A DNA stretch of 64,000 nt from Eledone cirrhosa (lineage: Eukaryota): contig OZ024741.1 in assembly GCA_964016885.1 (NCBI GenBank), positions 342,736,001 to 342,800,000 of the forward strand, written 5' to 3'. The first letter of the stretch is position 1; each line of letters starts with the position of its first letter. Both the position numbers and the translations under genes were made by a program. Shown one piece after another: positions 12,827-31,418 of this stretch. Below the pieces are notes generated by a model. That model searched no databases, was not told the DNA's origin, and saw only the letters and a program-made list of their open reading frames with translations.

Positions 12827-13109
12827 GTGGACGCACGTGGCCTAGTAATAAGGGTGTTGGACTTACGATCATAATATCGTGGGTGCGATTCCTAGGTTGC
12901 GTGTTGTGCTCTTGAGCAAAACACTTTATTTCACGTTGCTCCAGTATACTCAGCTGAAAATGAGTACCAGGGTTTAACCCTGCGATGGTTTAACCCTGGC
13001 GTCCTGTCCAGTGGGGAGTCTTGTACTCTCAGTCGCTTCACGCCATGAAACCGGGATAAGCACCGGTCAAATGAGCCTTCTGGCTTAATACAGACTTTAG
13101 ACTTTTTAG
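12827..13109 (+). mobile_element. tRNA-derived SINE (S2-related, V-domain-like) with 12-bp TSD
   Basis: Head GTGGCCTAGT, CTTGAGCAAAACACTTTATTTCACGTTGCTCC. TSD ACTACATTATCC at 12815-12826 and 13110-13121. Confidence 0.8.
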
Positions 13110-13316
13110 ACTACATTATCCAAGGTGATCCTTTGTTATTCGGGCAGTATGGTACGATTTTAGATATAAAATAGACACCTATTTGTACACACGACTGGAA
13201 GCTTTAGTTTTATCTAAATCAGCAACTTACAGATCCGAGTTCAAATGTTGACGTTAAAGTTACTTGCATTCAATATTTCACCTCTCCGGTTTTGATGTCA
13301 TTAAGTATGCATAGTG

Positions 13317-13531
13317 AAGGCATGTGGCTGAGTGGTTAGAGAATTGGATTCACAATCTTGAGGTTGTGAGTTCGATTCCTGGACCGGGAGATGCGTTATG
13401 TCCTTGAGCAAGACACTTTATTTCACGTTGCTCCTTCTACCTGGAGTTGCGACCGATAGATAGTATTAGCAATTGGAAAGACCAATGGAAACATTGTTTC
13501 CTCGGTTCGATTTGACGAAAGTCGACCGATC
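13317..13531 (+). mobile_element. tRNA-derived SINE family S2 (other copies: 26940-27148 minus, 36867-37080, 45521-45735, 62106-62250)
   Basis: A box TGGCTGAGTGG, B box GAGTTCGATTCC, then TCCTTGAGCAAGACACTTTATTTCACGTTGCTCC and shared 3' end GATTTGACGAAAGTCGA. Confidence 0.88.
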
Positions 13532-13698
13532 ATAGAATCGTTTGTATTTGATCTAGTTTACAGAGAAGCACGGCGTCTCCCACTATTAGCTGAATTGAAA
13601 GTACAGTAAGTCCCCAACTTACGAATGAGTTACGTTCCAAGAGGCCGTTCGTTAGTTGATTGTCTAACATAGTACTGGTATGTACTGTGTTAGACAAT

Positions 13699-13786
<88 letters not shown>

Positions 13787-13791
<5 letters not shown>

Positions 13792-13982
13792 AACGAGTAG
13801 GACCCCGACGGCTGAGCTCAAGCCGTTTCGACGGCTAATTCTGGAGTCCAGAATTAGCCGTCGAAACGGCTTGAGCTCAGCCGTCGGGGTCCTACTCGTT
13901 CCTATTACCCACTCTACTACCCTAAGTATTGAGTACTTTGGTGCGTTATGGTCCATCTGGTTCACTACCACATTTCCTTCGT

Positions 13983-13983
<1 letters not shown>
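13787..13983 (+). mobile_element. Fold-back family A, divergent subfamily (palindrome 13787-13905)
   Basis: Perfect 59-bp arms around G13846, same tail as the 5155 copy, inserted in (TA)n. Confidence 0.92.
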
Positions 13984-14025
<42 letters not shown>

Positions 14026-14795
14026 TATATAGAGGTATATATACCATGTAATAATTGTTTCTACTTTTGGCACAAGGCCAGCAAATAACCCAGTACATTA
14101 CTGGTACTTTATTTTATCGACCCCGTAAAGATGAAAGGCAAAGTTAACCTCGAATGAATTTAAATAGTGTAAAGCTAATGACACTAAATTGTTAAAGAAA
14201 AAAACGTACGTTTTCAATTCTACTAAAGTAGAATGGTATCCCATACCGTAGGTACGGTTTTGGCTTGTTTTTATGTTGCAAAAGAAGGAAACTTTTATTT
14301 ATGCTGCAAAAGAAGGAACCCAGGACACGAAAGAGCCACATTTCAAACTCAGTCAATTTCTTTTCTTCGTGAGACTGTTCGTATTTCCGGAAGTTCGTAA
14401 GGTTGGAACTATATCATGTTTTGTGTATGGTCCTTCATTGTATATGTCAAATCGTTCTCGAGCGCTACTGTAACATGTAACCCCGTACAACCTGTCACTT
14501 AGTTGGGTCGTTGGCGATTAAATCTGCAACCTCACCAAGCTTGTTTACATGGTGAGGAAGGTGATTTTGGGACATCCTGTGGAATGAGAAACAAAACCCG
14601 CCAAAGAACGGAAGAACTGAGGTGAGACAACAGCCATGAAAAATAATAAAAACACAACAAAAATGTGTAGAAGAGATAGTTAGTCTTGGTTGGCACTTTG
14701 AGAAAGAGACATAAAAGAGAAAATAAAAAGAATTACCAGCCTTAACGTACGACGGAGTTTAGGTACAAAACTGAAGGACAAGGCAGTATGCTTGA

Positions 14796-15129
14796 ATCTT
14801 ACATAATTTTATTAATAACACAATTGCTGTTATACGCATTTCAATGGTAGCAATTATGTAATAGATATAGTCCCATCAGACAGCTATACCGTAATATATT
14901 GCGATATGTCCTGAGCTTGTATTTTGATGTAGCTACTTTCGTGGCCGGATGTCTAGTTGACATATATCAACCGGGCACGGAAGTAGAAACATCAAAATAT
15001 TCGTCCGGAGCATATCGCAGTTTAAAAAATGAGGTTGTATTTATTATATAATTGATATAATGAAAATGCGCATAACAGTAATGACGTGATCAATAAAATG
15101 ATGTAAGATTCTATTATACTGCATTCTTC
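14796..15129. mobile_element. Old inverted pLTR pair with hammerhead (minus-strand HHR 14827-14883)
   Basis: Reverse complement reads ctgt-CTGATGG..GAAA-tgcgt-ATA-acag. Right arm has AAATGCGCATAACAG...AATAAAA. Third inverted piece at 15460-15513. Confidence 0.65.
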
Positions 15130-15138
15130 ATCTTTATG

Positions 15139-15228
<90 letters not shown>

Positions 15229-15231
<3 letters not shown>

Positions 15232-15424
15232 AGTTATTCCAGGTTGAATCGGAGGTAACCACAGTAAGTAAGGTACTCAGTACATAGCAGCGTATAAAAG
15301 TTTTAATATAGATGAGATTCTACAGGACTAGAACTGTTTCATTCTTTAGAAATCATCCAGATTCCTGATGATTTCTAAAGAATAAAACAGTTCTAGTCCT
15401 GTAGAATCTCATCTTTATTAAAAC
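15229..15424 (-). mobile_element. Family C pLTR with short inverted arm; HHR on plus strand at 15361-15407
   Basis: attc-CTGATGA-tttctaaagaat-aAAA(core G12 mutated)-cag ttctagtc ct-GTA-gaat. Arms invert around 15358 and both ends are in (TA)n. Confidence 0.85.
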
Positions 15425-15511
15425 TATATATATATATATATACGTTATATATATAAAGAAGAATGCAGTATCATATAATCTGACATGATTTTATTGATTA
15501 CGTCATTACTG

Positions 15512-15561
<50 letters not shown>

Positions 15562-15825
15562 CATTTATCAGTATTATATCTACATCGTTGTCTGTATCTT
15601 ATTTGTTCATATCACACTCAGTCACACGATATTTCTGGAGGGTTTTTTTAATCTATAAATAGTACATTTAGTATTGGAATTGTTTCTATCATAGTTGTCA
15701 GTTTTTCTTTCCTCTCTTGTATCGTTCAGCTTATGCATACACACAGACACACACACACACACACAGACACAGACACAGACACAGACACACACACACACAC
15801 ACACAGACACAGACACACAGACACA

Positions 15826-15905
<80 letters not shown>

Positions 15906-15926
15906 CACACACAGACACACACACAG

Positions 15927-16048
<122 letters not shown>

Positions 16049-16306
16049 ACGCGCAGACACACACACAGACACAAACACACACACAAACACATATATATAA
16101 ACACATATATATATAATATATATATAATATATATATAATGTATGTATATATATATATATATATATATGTAAATATATATATATAATATATATATATATAT
16201 ATGCATATATATATGTGATATATATATTGTATATATATATATATGATATATATATAATGTATATATATATATAAATACACACACACAGGTATATATATAT
16301 ATACAA

Positions 16307-16337
<31 letters not shown>

Positions 16338-16346
16338 TACATACAT

Positions 16347-16405
<59 letters not shown>

Positions 16406-16437
16406 TGTATGTATGTATGTATGTATGTATATATATG

Positions 16438-16493
<56 letters not shown>

Positions 16494-16509
16494 ATATATA
16501 TGTATGTAT

Positions 16510-16548
<39 letters not shown>

Positions 16549-16630
16549 CATGTGTGTGTGCGTATTTATACATATATATATACTTTATATATATATCATA
16601 TATATATATACATTATATATATATATATGC

Positions 16631-16663
<33 letters not shown>

Positions 16664-16854
16664 TGTATGTATGTATATGTATTTATATATATATATATAT
16701 ATACACACATCTGTGTGAGTGTAAATGTTTCCTGTTGAAATTACAAGGAAGAAAAAAAAAAAACCTTTCGTCTGATTTTACTTTTGTTGTTTGTAGTGAG
16801 ATGCTGCTCTCTGTCTTCGGTGCTTGAGGTGTTTTCACTGTTGTCTTTGTGTGG

Positions 16855-17115
<261 letters not shown>

Positions 17116-17122
17116 GTATATA

Positions 17123-17154
<32 letters not shown>

Positions 17155-17439
17155 CATATATATATACATATATATATATTATATATACGCGCACACACAC
17201 ACACACATATATATATACATATACATATACATTATATATATATATATATGCATATACATTATATATATATATACATATACATATACATTATATATATATA
17301 TATGCATATACATTATATATATATATATACATATACATTATATATAATATATATATATACATTTACATTATATATATATATATATATATATATACATTAT
17401 ATATATATACATATACATTATATATATATATACATATAC

Positions 17440-17477
<38 letters not shown>

Positions 17478-18029
17478 ATATACATATATATTTAAACACA
17501 TATCTATGTATATATACATATATATATATACACCTATATATATACATATATATATATTTATATACATACACACATATATATATATATACATATATGTTCA
17601 ATTCTGTATGTTGTGTTTGCTGGTGACTTTGTCGTATTTGATGTAGGTTTTATATTTTCACAGTTTATTTTTTATTTTTTCACTGTTGGGTGTTTATCCC
17701 CCCCCCCTCTCTCTCTCTTTTTCTGTTGATTATCTCTCCCCAGTCTCTCCCTTTGTTGGTTAACTATCTCTCCTCTCTTTCTCTTGTTTTTCTTTAATTG
17801 TCATTTATGTATCTTCTCGTAATGTTTACTAAATCTGTTTGTATCAAATATTTAATGAATATTTTTAAGTGTCGTTTGGTAGTTATGCCGTTTAACTTTT
17901 ATTTGAGGGTGATATCATCATCACCACCACCACCACCGCATCCACCACCACCACCACATCCACCACCACAACCACCACCACCACTACTACCATCATCATC
18001 ATCATCATTACTATTATTATTATGAATAT

Positions 18030-18470
18030 GGATTGCTCGAGCGTCGGACGCCATGCGTTGCAACATAGAGTTACGCCCCTTTACGGTCTGAGTTCAAATC
18101 CCACGGAGGTTAGCATTGCCTATCATCCTTACGGGGTCGATAAAATAAGTAACAGTAACGCACTGGGGTCGATTTAATTGGTTTCTCCCTCCCATTCAAA
18201 TTGCTGGCCTTTTGCCTAAATCAGAAACCCTTATTATCATTATTGGTTATTTGGTGGGTGGTTTGGCGGTATCGTTAGAGCGTCAGACATCATGCTTTTC
18301 AGCATAGAGTTATAGCCCTTTACGTTCTGAGTCCAAATCCCGCTGAGGTTAACTTTGCTTTTCATCCTTACGGGCTCGATAAAATAAACACCAGTAATGC
18401 ACTGGGGTCGATTTAATCGACTTTTTTCCCCTCCCCCAAAATTGTCGGCCTTGTGCCCAAATCAGAAATA
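18030..18470 (+). mobile_element. Two S1 SINEs in sense orientation
   Basis: GAGT(T/C)CAAATCCC B box and core CATCCTTACGGG(G/C)TCGATAAAATAA. Confidence 0.85.
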
Positions 18471-18976
18471 ATTATTGGTTATTGATTATGTGTCTGCCTA
18501 TATGTGTTTGATTTTACATCATTCCCAGAGCACCTATCATAATACGGTTTGTTTTTGTTTTCATTCTCCACATTTTTTACTACATATTTTTATATTTGGA
18601 TAATTTCTCCATTTCCTTGATATATATATTTTCAGGATCAATGAATCAATTAGAAGGTATTACTTTTGATGTGATTTTCCACTACACTATTTGGTCGGTT
18701 GCCTTTTATCTACCTGGTTCTTTTTCTTTTCATCTATTTTTCATTTATGAAGTGGCAGGAGAATAGCAAAATAGGACATCCTTACCTTTCTCAAGGTAAT
18801 ATTATATATGCTTGAACCTGTAACTCCTGATGGATCGTTTCTTGGACATTTTCAAAACCTGGAGGAGCGCACCCTCTCTCCAGGCTAGAACACAGTCAAT
18901 TTCTTCCAGAGAAGGTTAACAAATGATAGAGAGGAAGTGCAAAGTTAACCTCGGCGGGATTTGAACTCACCGCCCT

Positions 18977-19670
18977 TATAATAATATAATATAATATAAC
19001 ATAATATAATATAATATAATATAATATAATATAATATAACATAATATAATATAATATAATATAATATAATATAATAATATAATATAATATAATATAACAT
19101 AATATAATATAATATAATATAATATAATAATATAATATAATATAACATAATATAATATAATATAATATAATATAATAATATAATATAATATAACATAATA
19201 TAATATAATATAATATAATATAATAATATAATATAATATAACATAATATAATATAATATAATATAATATAATATAATATAATATAATATAATATAATATA
19301 ATATAATAATATAATATAATATAATATAATATAATATAATATAATATAATATAATATAATATAATATAATATAATATAATATAATATAATATAATATAAT
19401 ATAATATAATAATATAATATAATATAATATAATATAATAACATAACATAATATAATATAATATAATATAATATAATATAATATAATATAATATAATATAA
19501 TATAATATAATATAATATAATAATATAATATAATATAATATAATATAATATAATAATATAACATAATATAATATAACATAACATAATATAATATAATATA
19601 ATATAATATAATATAATATAATATAATAATATAACATAATATAATATAATATAATATAATATAATATAAT
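18977..19670. repeat. (ATAAT)n pentanucleotide microsatellite between S1 SINE pieces
   Basis: Direct reading; S1 SINE at 19670-19855 (minus) and a fragment at 18938-18968. Confidence 0.95.
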
Positions 19671-20013
19671 TGTTTCTACTTTTGGCACAAGGCCACCAAT
19701 TATTCCAGTGTATTACTGGTACTTTATTTTATCGACCCCTGTAAGGATGAAGGGCAAAGTTAACCTCAACGGGATTTGAACTCAGAATGGCAAGGGATGT
19801 AACTCTATGCGTCAAAGCATGGCGTCGGACCCTCTACCGATACTGTCAATCCACAAAGTAATATAATATAAAATGAAATAATATATCATATTATAATATA
19901 ATATGTAATAAAACGAAAACAAAAGAATAAAATTATAATAATGGATTTGAAATATTAAATATATGTAGGTGTGTGTATGCATGTGTGTGCGCCTGTGTGT
20001 GTGTGTGTGTGTG

Positions 20014-20080
<67 letters not shown>

Positions 20081-20162
20081 GTGTGTGTGTGTGTGTGTAC
20101 ACACACACTCTTTCTCTAGATAGAGAAATGTGTGTGCGCCTGTGTGTGTGTGTGTGTGTGAG

Positions 20163-20196
<34 letters not shown>

Positions 20197-20239
20197 ACAG
20201 AGAGAAAGAGTGTGTGTGTACGTACACACACATACTCTT

Positions 20240-20294
<55 letters not shown>

Positions 20295-20340
20295 CACACA
20301 CACAGGCGCACACACATTTCTCTATCTAGAGAAAGAGTGT

Positions 20341-20429
<89 letters not shown>

Positions 20430-20794
20430 CTCTCTCTCTCTATCTATCTATCTCTCTCTCACACACACACAGGCGCACACACATTCATACACACACCGAC
20501 ATATATTTAATATATGTGTGTGTATAAAATAAATAACAGAATATAATACACAGAATACAGAGTAACAGTTATATACACACATATACGTATATAAACATAC
20601 GCACACACAAACATACGCACACATACATTAATAAACAGAGATATGCCCATGTTCATACATGCATACACACACATACATATATACATATATACATAAATAT
20701 ATATATATATACATACACAGACGTATACAAATATATATATATATATATATATACATATATATACAAACATGCATACATACGCCCATACATGCAT

Positions 20795-20851
<57 letters not shown>

Positions 20852-20866
20852 TATATATAGATATAC

Positions 20867-20915
<49 letters not shown>

Positions 20916-20929
20916 CATATTTACAAGCA

Positions 20930-20993
<64 letters not shown>

Positions 20994-21022
20994 TATACAT
21001 ATATATATATACATATTTACAA

Positions 21023-21145
<123 letters not shown>

Positions 21146-21697
21146 CAATATGACAATAAATAGAAAAATAAAAGAATAAAATATTTGTTGTGAAGTGAAT
21201 AAATAAATGACTTTGAAGTCAGTAATGAAGCCGGCATTAATAATTAATTACACAGTAGACTTTTCAAATGTCAGGTGTAAAAACGATATAAGAATCTTTG
21301 AAGATCTGGCCTAATGTTTACTATAGAGTGAGGATAGGATATTTCATTGAGTGAAAGTGACGTAGAGGCGGTGGTGGAGAACGAGGGGGGAGGGAGGAGG
21401 AAAGAAAATGGAGTGACGATGAGAGAGGGTGAAAGGAAGAGGGAGAGGGGAAGAGAGAGAAGGAGAGAAACGAGAGCGAGAGAGAGGGAGAAATAGCGCG
21501 AGAACGTGAGAGAGGGAGAGAGAGGGTGGGAGAGGATGAGCGCGTGAGAGTGAGTTAGAAAGACAGGTAGAGATACATATTTGCAAATATATGTATATCT
21601 ACATAAATGCCCCTAATCTCTCTCTCTATATATATAAATATATTTACAAATTATTCCCTGTGATTGTTCCATGTATTTATTTTATATATATATATAG

Positions 21698-21902
21698 GTC
21701 AATCTATTTCTAGTTGATATGTAATGCTCGGATCTATTCATTGGAATCTTTGAGCTTATTCTGCAGTGGATATGGCGCATGTCTCTCAGACATGAAAACC
21801 CTTAATTTAATTTTGTATATATATATATATCCACTGCAGAATAAGCTCAAAGATTCCAATGAATAGATCCGAGCATTACATATCAACTAGAAATAGATTG
21901 AC
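21698..21902. repeat. Perfect ~76-bp inverted repeat flanked by (TA)n
   Basis: 21698-21773 is the reverse complement of 21827-21902. Spacer holds hairpin CATGTCT-CTC-AGACATG and a TA tract. Confidence 0.88.
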
Positions 21903-21949
21903 ATATATATATAATCGAATGTTATTAATATTCGAAAAACGCAAATTAC

Positions 21950-23032
<1,083 letters not shown>

Positions 23033-23844
23033 TATATATATATATATATATATATATGTGTAGGAGGTGAGTTTTATTGTAGTACAATAAAGCAATGCAG
23101 ATATCGGATAAGAAGCACTCTACAGTTTGTAGGACTGGAGTATGCATAATATAAGATCAAAAGATGGTTAAAGGAGTTCCATGTATTTTATTATGCGCAT
23201 TTCAAAAACAAACATCATCATGCAATAATATTTGTGTTTTCATCAGATAAAACAGGAGAACATGATATGAAGGCTAAAAAACACTTGTGGATAGTGCAGT
23301 TTTAAATCAACATATGAAAAGTGGTTTTAGATTGATGTGTGATATTGGGAAAAAATATTTTATTTAGAGAGGGGGGGGGGGGTTGGAAAGGATGAAAAGG
23401 GAAGGAGATGAGAGGGAGAGATGGGTGATAGAGAGAAAGAGATAGTTTTTATAACTGAGAAAAAGATATATTGTTTTAACATAGAAAGGTTGGGAACCGT
23501 TGGAAGATAATGTATAAATTAAAGGAATTTGAAAATTAACGAAGGGAAATTATGTATGAAGATAGAGAGAAAAAAATAATAATTGTGGATGAATATTCTA
23601 ACGTCAAAAAAAGAAATGTATATATTGTGGCAATTTCAAAATTAACGAAGAGAAAAATTATTAAGGTTTGTGTGTAGAAGGATTTGAGAAAAATAATGTG
23701 AAGTTAAAGTTTGTATATTGGTTGAATTGATAATATATGCGAATAAAGAGTTAATATGTATTAATAATGAGTTCGTTGATGGGGAGAAAAAAAAAAAAAA
23801 AAAAACTTTAACTTTAAATTTAAAAACGTTAAAAAACTTTAACT

Positions 23845-24974
23845 TTAAATTTAACTTTAAATCTAACCATCCTACCAATATCAAGAATGCTATAGTTAAT
23901 AATATTGGAAACAGAATATCTAACATATCTTCTAATAAAAACATCTTTGATGCTAACGCCAATTACTATAATAACGCACTTTCTAAAGCCGGCTATCCAG
24001 ATAAAATCAAATATAGTAAAGAAACAAATTCTAGAAAAACTTACAGTAGAATAATTAATCATGACCATTCCAATAATTTTAATAAAAGACCTAGATACAA
24101 AAACATAATCTGGTATAATGCTCCTTTCTCCATCTCTATTAATAACAATATTCCTAAATTATTCTTTAGTGCCTTAAATAAATGCTTCCCTCCCTCACAT
24201 ATCTATAGTAAAATATTTAACAAACACACCATCAAATTTTCGTATTCTACATCCTCCAATATTTCCAACATCATCTCTAAACACAACAATAAAATACTAA
24301 ATACTAAATCTCTTCCTTCCAATATTGAATTTCATAATAACAGTAATAGTACTCCCGACGTCATTGTAAACCCTAGGCTAACTTCTGTAAACCCAAATAC
24401 AACGTCAAACACAACTTCGCTAAATGTTCATAATCCAACTCTAAATCAAGAAACTATTATTCCTATTATTCCTATCGCAAACAACTTCTCCAATCCAATT
24501 CCTTCTATAGATAACACTAGATCACTCATTAATAATCTCTCTAATTGCAACTGCCACATTAAAAATAAATGTCCTCTCAACAACCATTGTCTCGATAAAA
24601 ACTTAATTTATGAATGTAAAATTATAACTAGCACCAATTCCTTCACCTATTTTGGCTCCACTTCCACCTCTTTTAAAGCTCGTCTCTATAATCATCATTC
24701 ATCTTTCAAATACAAACTTAAAAGAACTAACACTGTTCTCTCAGAACTCATATGGTCCTTAAAAGACAAAAACATTAAATATACCATCTTTTGGAAGAAG
24801 ATTTCTTCTGCATCCTCATACTTGAACAGCTCTCTATCTAAAATCTGTAATCTCTGCCTAAATGAAAAATTTACCATTATCTCTAACCTAGATTCTATAA
24901 TAAATAGACGCACAGATTTGTTTTCTATCTGCCTGCATAAATTCCATAGAACTTTTCACAAAATATACAGTTAA
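23845..24974 (+). CDS. PLE ORF 3' part: RT thumb, CxC linker, GIY-YIG endonuclease (5'-truncated, uninterrupted)
   Basis: Motifs SNHP, IIWYNAPFS, KIFNKHTIKFSYS, CNCHIKNKCPLNNHCL, LIY..YFGST..FKARLYNH, CNLCLNEK, CLHK. Confidence 0.88.
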
Positions 24975-25965
24975 TATTCAATTCTTTATCAATTTAGAAT
25001 CTTTTCTCAAAGGCAAATATACATACACCTCTTTAAAATATACCCATCTACCGTACTTTAAAGGGCATTATACACTCTATAATACTTGTTTACTCATTAC
25101 CCTCATTCTATCTTCACCTTGTAAAATCATAACATATACAATATTCATCCGCAATCATTATTATTTTTTCTCTCTATCATAAATCTTTTTAATCTCAATT
25201 TCATCCTTAATTTATTATTTTTTTCTCCCCATCAACGAACTCATTATTAATACATATTAACTCTTTATTCGCATATATTATCAATTCAACCAATATACAA
25301 ACTTTAACTTCACATTATTTTTCTCAAATCCTTCTACACACAAACCTTAATAATTTTTCTCTTCGTTAATTTTGAAATTGCCACAATATATACATTTTTT
25401 TTTGACGTTAGAATATTCATCCACAATTATTATTTTTTTCTCTCTATCTTCATACATAATTTCCCTTCGTTAATTTTCAAATTCCTTTAATTTATACATT
25501 ATCTTCCAACGGTTCCCAACCTCTCTATGTTAAAACAATATATCTTTTTCTCAGTTATAAAAACTATCTCTTTCTCTCTATCACCCATCTCTCCCTCTCC
25601 ACCTTCACTCTCATCTCCTCCCCCTTTTTTTCATCCCCCCCCCCTCCCTAAATAAAATATTTTTTCCTCGCACATATCCTCCCTTCGTTAATTTTCAAAA
25701 TTTTTAATTTATACAGTATCTTCCAACGGTTTTCAACCTCTCTATGTAAAAAAATATATCTCCTCTCAGTTATAAAAACTATCTCTTTCTCTCTATCACC
25801 CATCTCTCCCTCTCATCTCCTTCCCTTTTCATCCTTTCCACCCCCCCTCTCTAAATAAAATATTTTTTCCCAATATCACACATCAATCTAAAACCACTTT
25901 TCATATGTTGATTTAAAACTGCACTATCCACAAGTGTTTTTTAGCCTTCATATCATGTTCTCCTG

Positions 25966-26032
25966 TTTTATCTGATGAAAACACAAATATTATTGCATGA
26001 TGATGTTTGTTTTTGAAATGCGCATAATAAAA
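25966..26032 (+). ncRNA. Type I hammerhead in PLE 3' pLTR (family also at 23186-23252 and 45854-45920, both minus)
   Basis: ttttat-CTGATGA-aaacacaaat..gtttgttttt-GAAA-tgcgc-ATA-ataaaa. Confidence 0.85.
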
Positions 26033-26089
26033 TACATGGAACTCCTTTAACCATCTTTTGATCTTATATTATATATATATATATATATA

Positions 26090-26295
26090 TAAATGTAATT
26101 TGCGTTTTTCGGATATTAATAACATTCGATTCGTTTGAAATTATGCAAAGAAGCCTCAATTTTATAGCCATGTCAGTAGAATGAACCTATCATTCTTGCT
26201 TTTGTGTTGGCGTGTGAACAGAACTGCAAACACTAATGTTTCTGGGTATCACCCTTCATCAGTACAGCTCACTATTCACCTGCCAAACTGTCAGA
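26090..26295 (-). mobile_element. Family D pLTR with HHR at 26224-26267
   Basis: Reverse complement reads ctgta-CTGATGA-agggt gat accca-GAAA-cattagt-GTT-tgcag. Homologous to 63398-63807, and a 3' fragment lies at 21913-21953. Confidence 0.8.
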
Positions 26296-26521
26296 GATAG
26301 TGAAAATATATGCTATTTTCAAAATTACACAGTGACTTATCGGCCTGATTTGCATGTTAGCAGACTGGCTGATCAGTCAGATCTACATATTAGCAGATCC
26401 ATTGATCAGCCAGATTTGCATATCGCTCTACATGGGTGAATACAATAACTGTATTATTATTAATATTCGAAAACCTCAGATAATATTTATTGTATTCAGC
26501 CATGTAGAGCGAAAAAAGTTT

Positions 26522-26571
<50 letters not shown>

Positions 26572-26774
26572 TTTCAGCGAGATCGTATTTCGGTAGCGGC
26601 CAAAACAAAACGAAATGCAATTTTCAAGATATGCAAGCGCTCAATGGACTAGGAAGAAGCCAGAGCAATTAACATATGTTATAAGGGCCAGACACATTAT
26701 AAAAATGGCTGTGAAGTGACAAGCCAGGCAGCCGAAAAAACGAGCAAGCTAATATATATATATGAATATACTTC

Positions 26775-26811
<37 letters not shown>

Positions 26812-27252
26812 ACGAGAGAGTGAGAGAGAGAGAATGAGAGAGAAAGAGAGTGAGATATACATATCATATTTTCAAATATATGTATATCTACGCGCACACA
26901 CACAAACACACACATACACAGATATATATATATATGAGAGTCGATCGACTTTCGTCAAATCGTACCGAGGAAACAATGTTTCCGTTGGTCTTTCCAATTG
27001 CTAATACTATTTATGGGTCGCATCTCCAGGTAGAAGGAACAACCTGAAATAAAGTGTCTTGCTCAAGCACATAACGCATCGCCCGGTCCAGGAATCGAAC
27101 TCAAAACCTCGCGATTGCGAATCCAATTCTCTAACCATTCAGCCACGTTCTTCTGCCTAACTTCTTTGTTTTACTTAACCCTGCTCTCTCTACCGCCCCC
27201 TTTCCCATTCTCTCTCTCTTTTTCTCTGAAGTAAATTCATATATATATATCT

Positions 27253-27375
<123 letters not shown>

Positions 27376-27412
27376 GATATATATAGTATATATATGTATA
27401 TATATATATATA

Positions 27413-29988
<2,576 letters not shown>

Positions 29989-30040
29989 TATATATATATT
30001 ATACACACACACACATATATATATATATATAGAGAGAGAG

Positions 30041-30230
30041 GTTTTAATATAGATGAGATTCTATAGGACTAGAACTGTTTCATTCTTTAGAAATCACCAG
30101 GATGATTTCTAAAGAATGAAACAGTTCTAGTCCTGTAGAATCTCATCTATATTAAAACTTTTATACTCTGCTATGTATTGAGTACCTTACTTACTGTGAT
30201 TACCTCCGACTCAACCCGGAATAACTTACC
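30041..30230 (+). mobile_element. Family C pLTR with short inverted arm
   Basis: Inversion centre near 30098 at the HHR core. Short arm ends at ATTAAAAC as in the 15229 copy. Confidence 0.85.
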
Positions 30231-30250
30231 TATATATATATATATATATA

Positions 30251-31356
30251 GTAATAATAATAAATTTGAATACTAAAATCTAAAGAGGGCTCGATAAGGA
30301 TAAATATATATCAAATATATAAGAACCGTAGAGCAAATATTTATTAAAATAACAGAATAAAGTTTAAGCAAAGAATCGCTGCTTTCACCCTTAACGGGAT
30401 CTTCTGAAACTAACAAATTCAATCTGTAAACGCAGAACTGGATATTTCAAAAAACGTTGCAACCAGAAGAAGACAGGAAGACGATACTTTGGTTCGTGGA
30501 AACGTTCGCTGGCTAAGAACGGGAAAAAACGAATATAATACGTCATTAATAGGAGCGGTGAAAAACAATTACGCGCAAAGACAGAACCACGTTTATGGTA
30601 TAATAGAGGTCGTAGACTAATGTTCTCTTAGGTGGTGCATAGAGAGGTTCTCTGGCGATGAACGAAAAAAACGAAGATAATACGTCATATGTGGAGCGTG
30701 GAGAACAATAGCACGCAAAGACAAAACCACGTAAATAGTATAGCAGAAGTCGTAGACTAAATTCTAACTAGGAGACCGAATGAATCTCCGCTACGGAGTT
30801 AAGAACAAAGTAAATAAATACAATACAGAAGTAATAGAAATAAATAAATACATACACGCAAACAGAAACGTACATACACAAGCATACGCAAAAACTTACC
30901 ATAGGTAAACAAAACCACGCACATATAAATATGTGTGTGTGTGTGTGTGTAAGCGTGTATACAAATAAATAAATAATTATATAAACGTATATAAATAAAT
31001 AAATACGTATATAACAAGCGCACATATATACCTACATGTAAATACACGAATGTTCGGAGACGTAAGTCAACCAAAACATGAAGCACACATATACACACAC
31101 CCACCATACGTACGAACCTGCATACTCACACAGACGCAAAACTCCCGTATACACATAGCCGAACCATATGTACCAGAATATACAAAAAAATTATACGCCA
31201 TAACAATCAAATATACGTACGAGAAGGTATACGTACCTTCACAAAACATACGGATAATATATACTTACCTATGCAAATAAGTAAAGGTATAAACAAAACA
31301 TATACTTAGCTCCCACATCGAGACGTAAAATATTTAAACTTTAATCTGTTATTTTA

Positions 31357-31362
<6 letters not shown>
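30251..31362 (-). mobile_element. Family F element; HHR at 30361-30411; short inverted arm 31337-31362
   Basis: Reverse complement reads agttt-CAGAAGA-tccc gttaa gggt-GAAA-gca..tg-CTT-aaact. Homologous to 54319-55120. Confidence 0.78.

Positions 31363-31418
<56 letters not shown>

Larger units (their letters stand above)
23058..26071 (+). mobile_element. 5'-truncated Penelope-like element (Hydra-clade-like) with inverted pLTR
   Basis: 23146-23800 is an inverted copy of 25218-26071. HHRs at 23186-23252 (minus) and 25966-26032 (plus). (TA)n on both sides and an ORF between the arms. Confidence 0.9.

Noticed and set aside
13317-13390. tRNA genes at the S1/S2 heads
   Set aside because: A and B boxes are present, but no complete cloverleaf forms and each head continues into a shared SINE body.
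13604-14412. Tigger-like element ends (CAGTAAGTCCCCAACTTACGAA / TTCGTAAGGTTGGAACTATA)
   Set aside because: TIR match is weak and the span is heavily interrupted; plausible but not supportable.
18824-18868. CTGATGG...AAAACCTGGAGGAG as a hammerhead
   Set aside because: Too many core mismatches and no convincing stem II.
23718-23844. N-terminal part of the 418-aa ORF
   Set aside because: It runs through the inverted UTR arm and poly-A junction, so it is fortuitous read-in rather than PLE protein.
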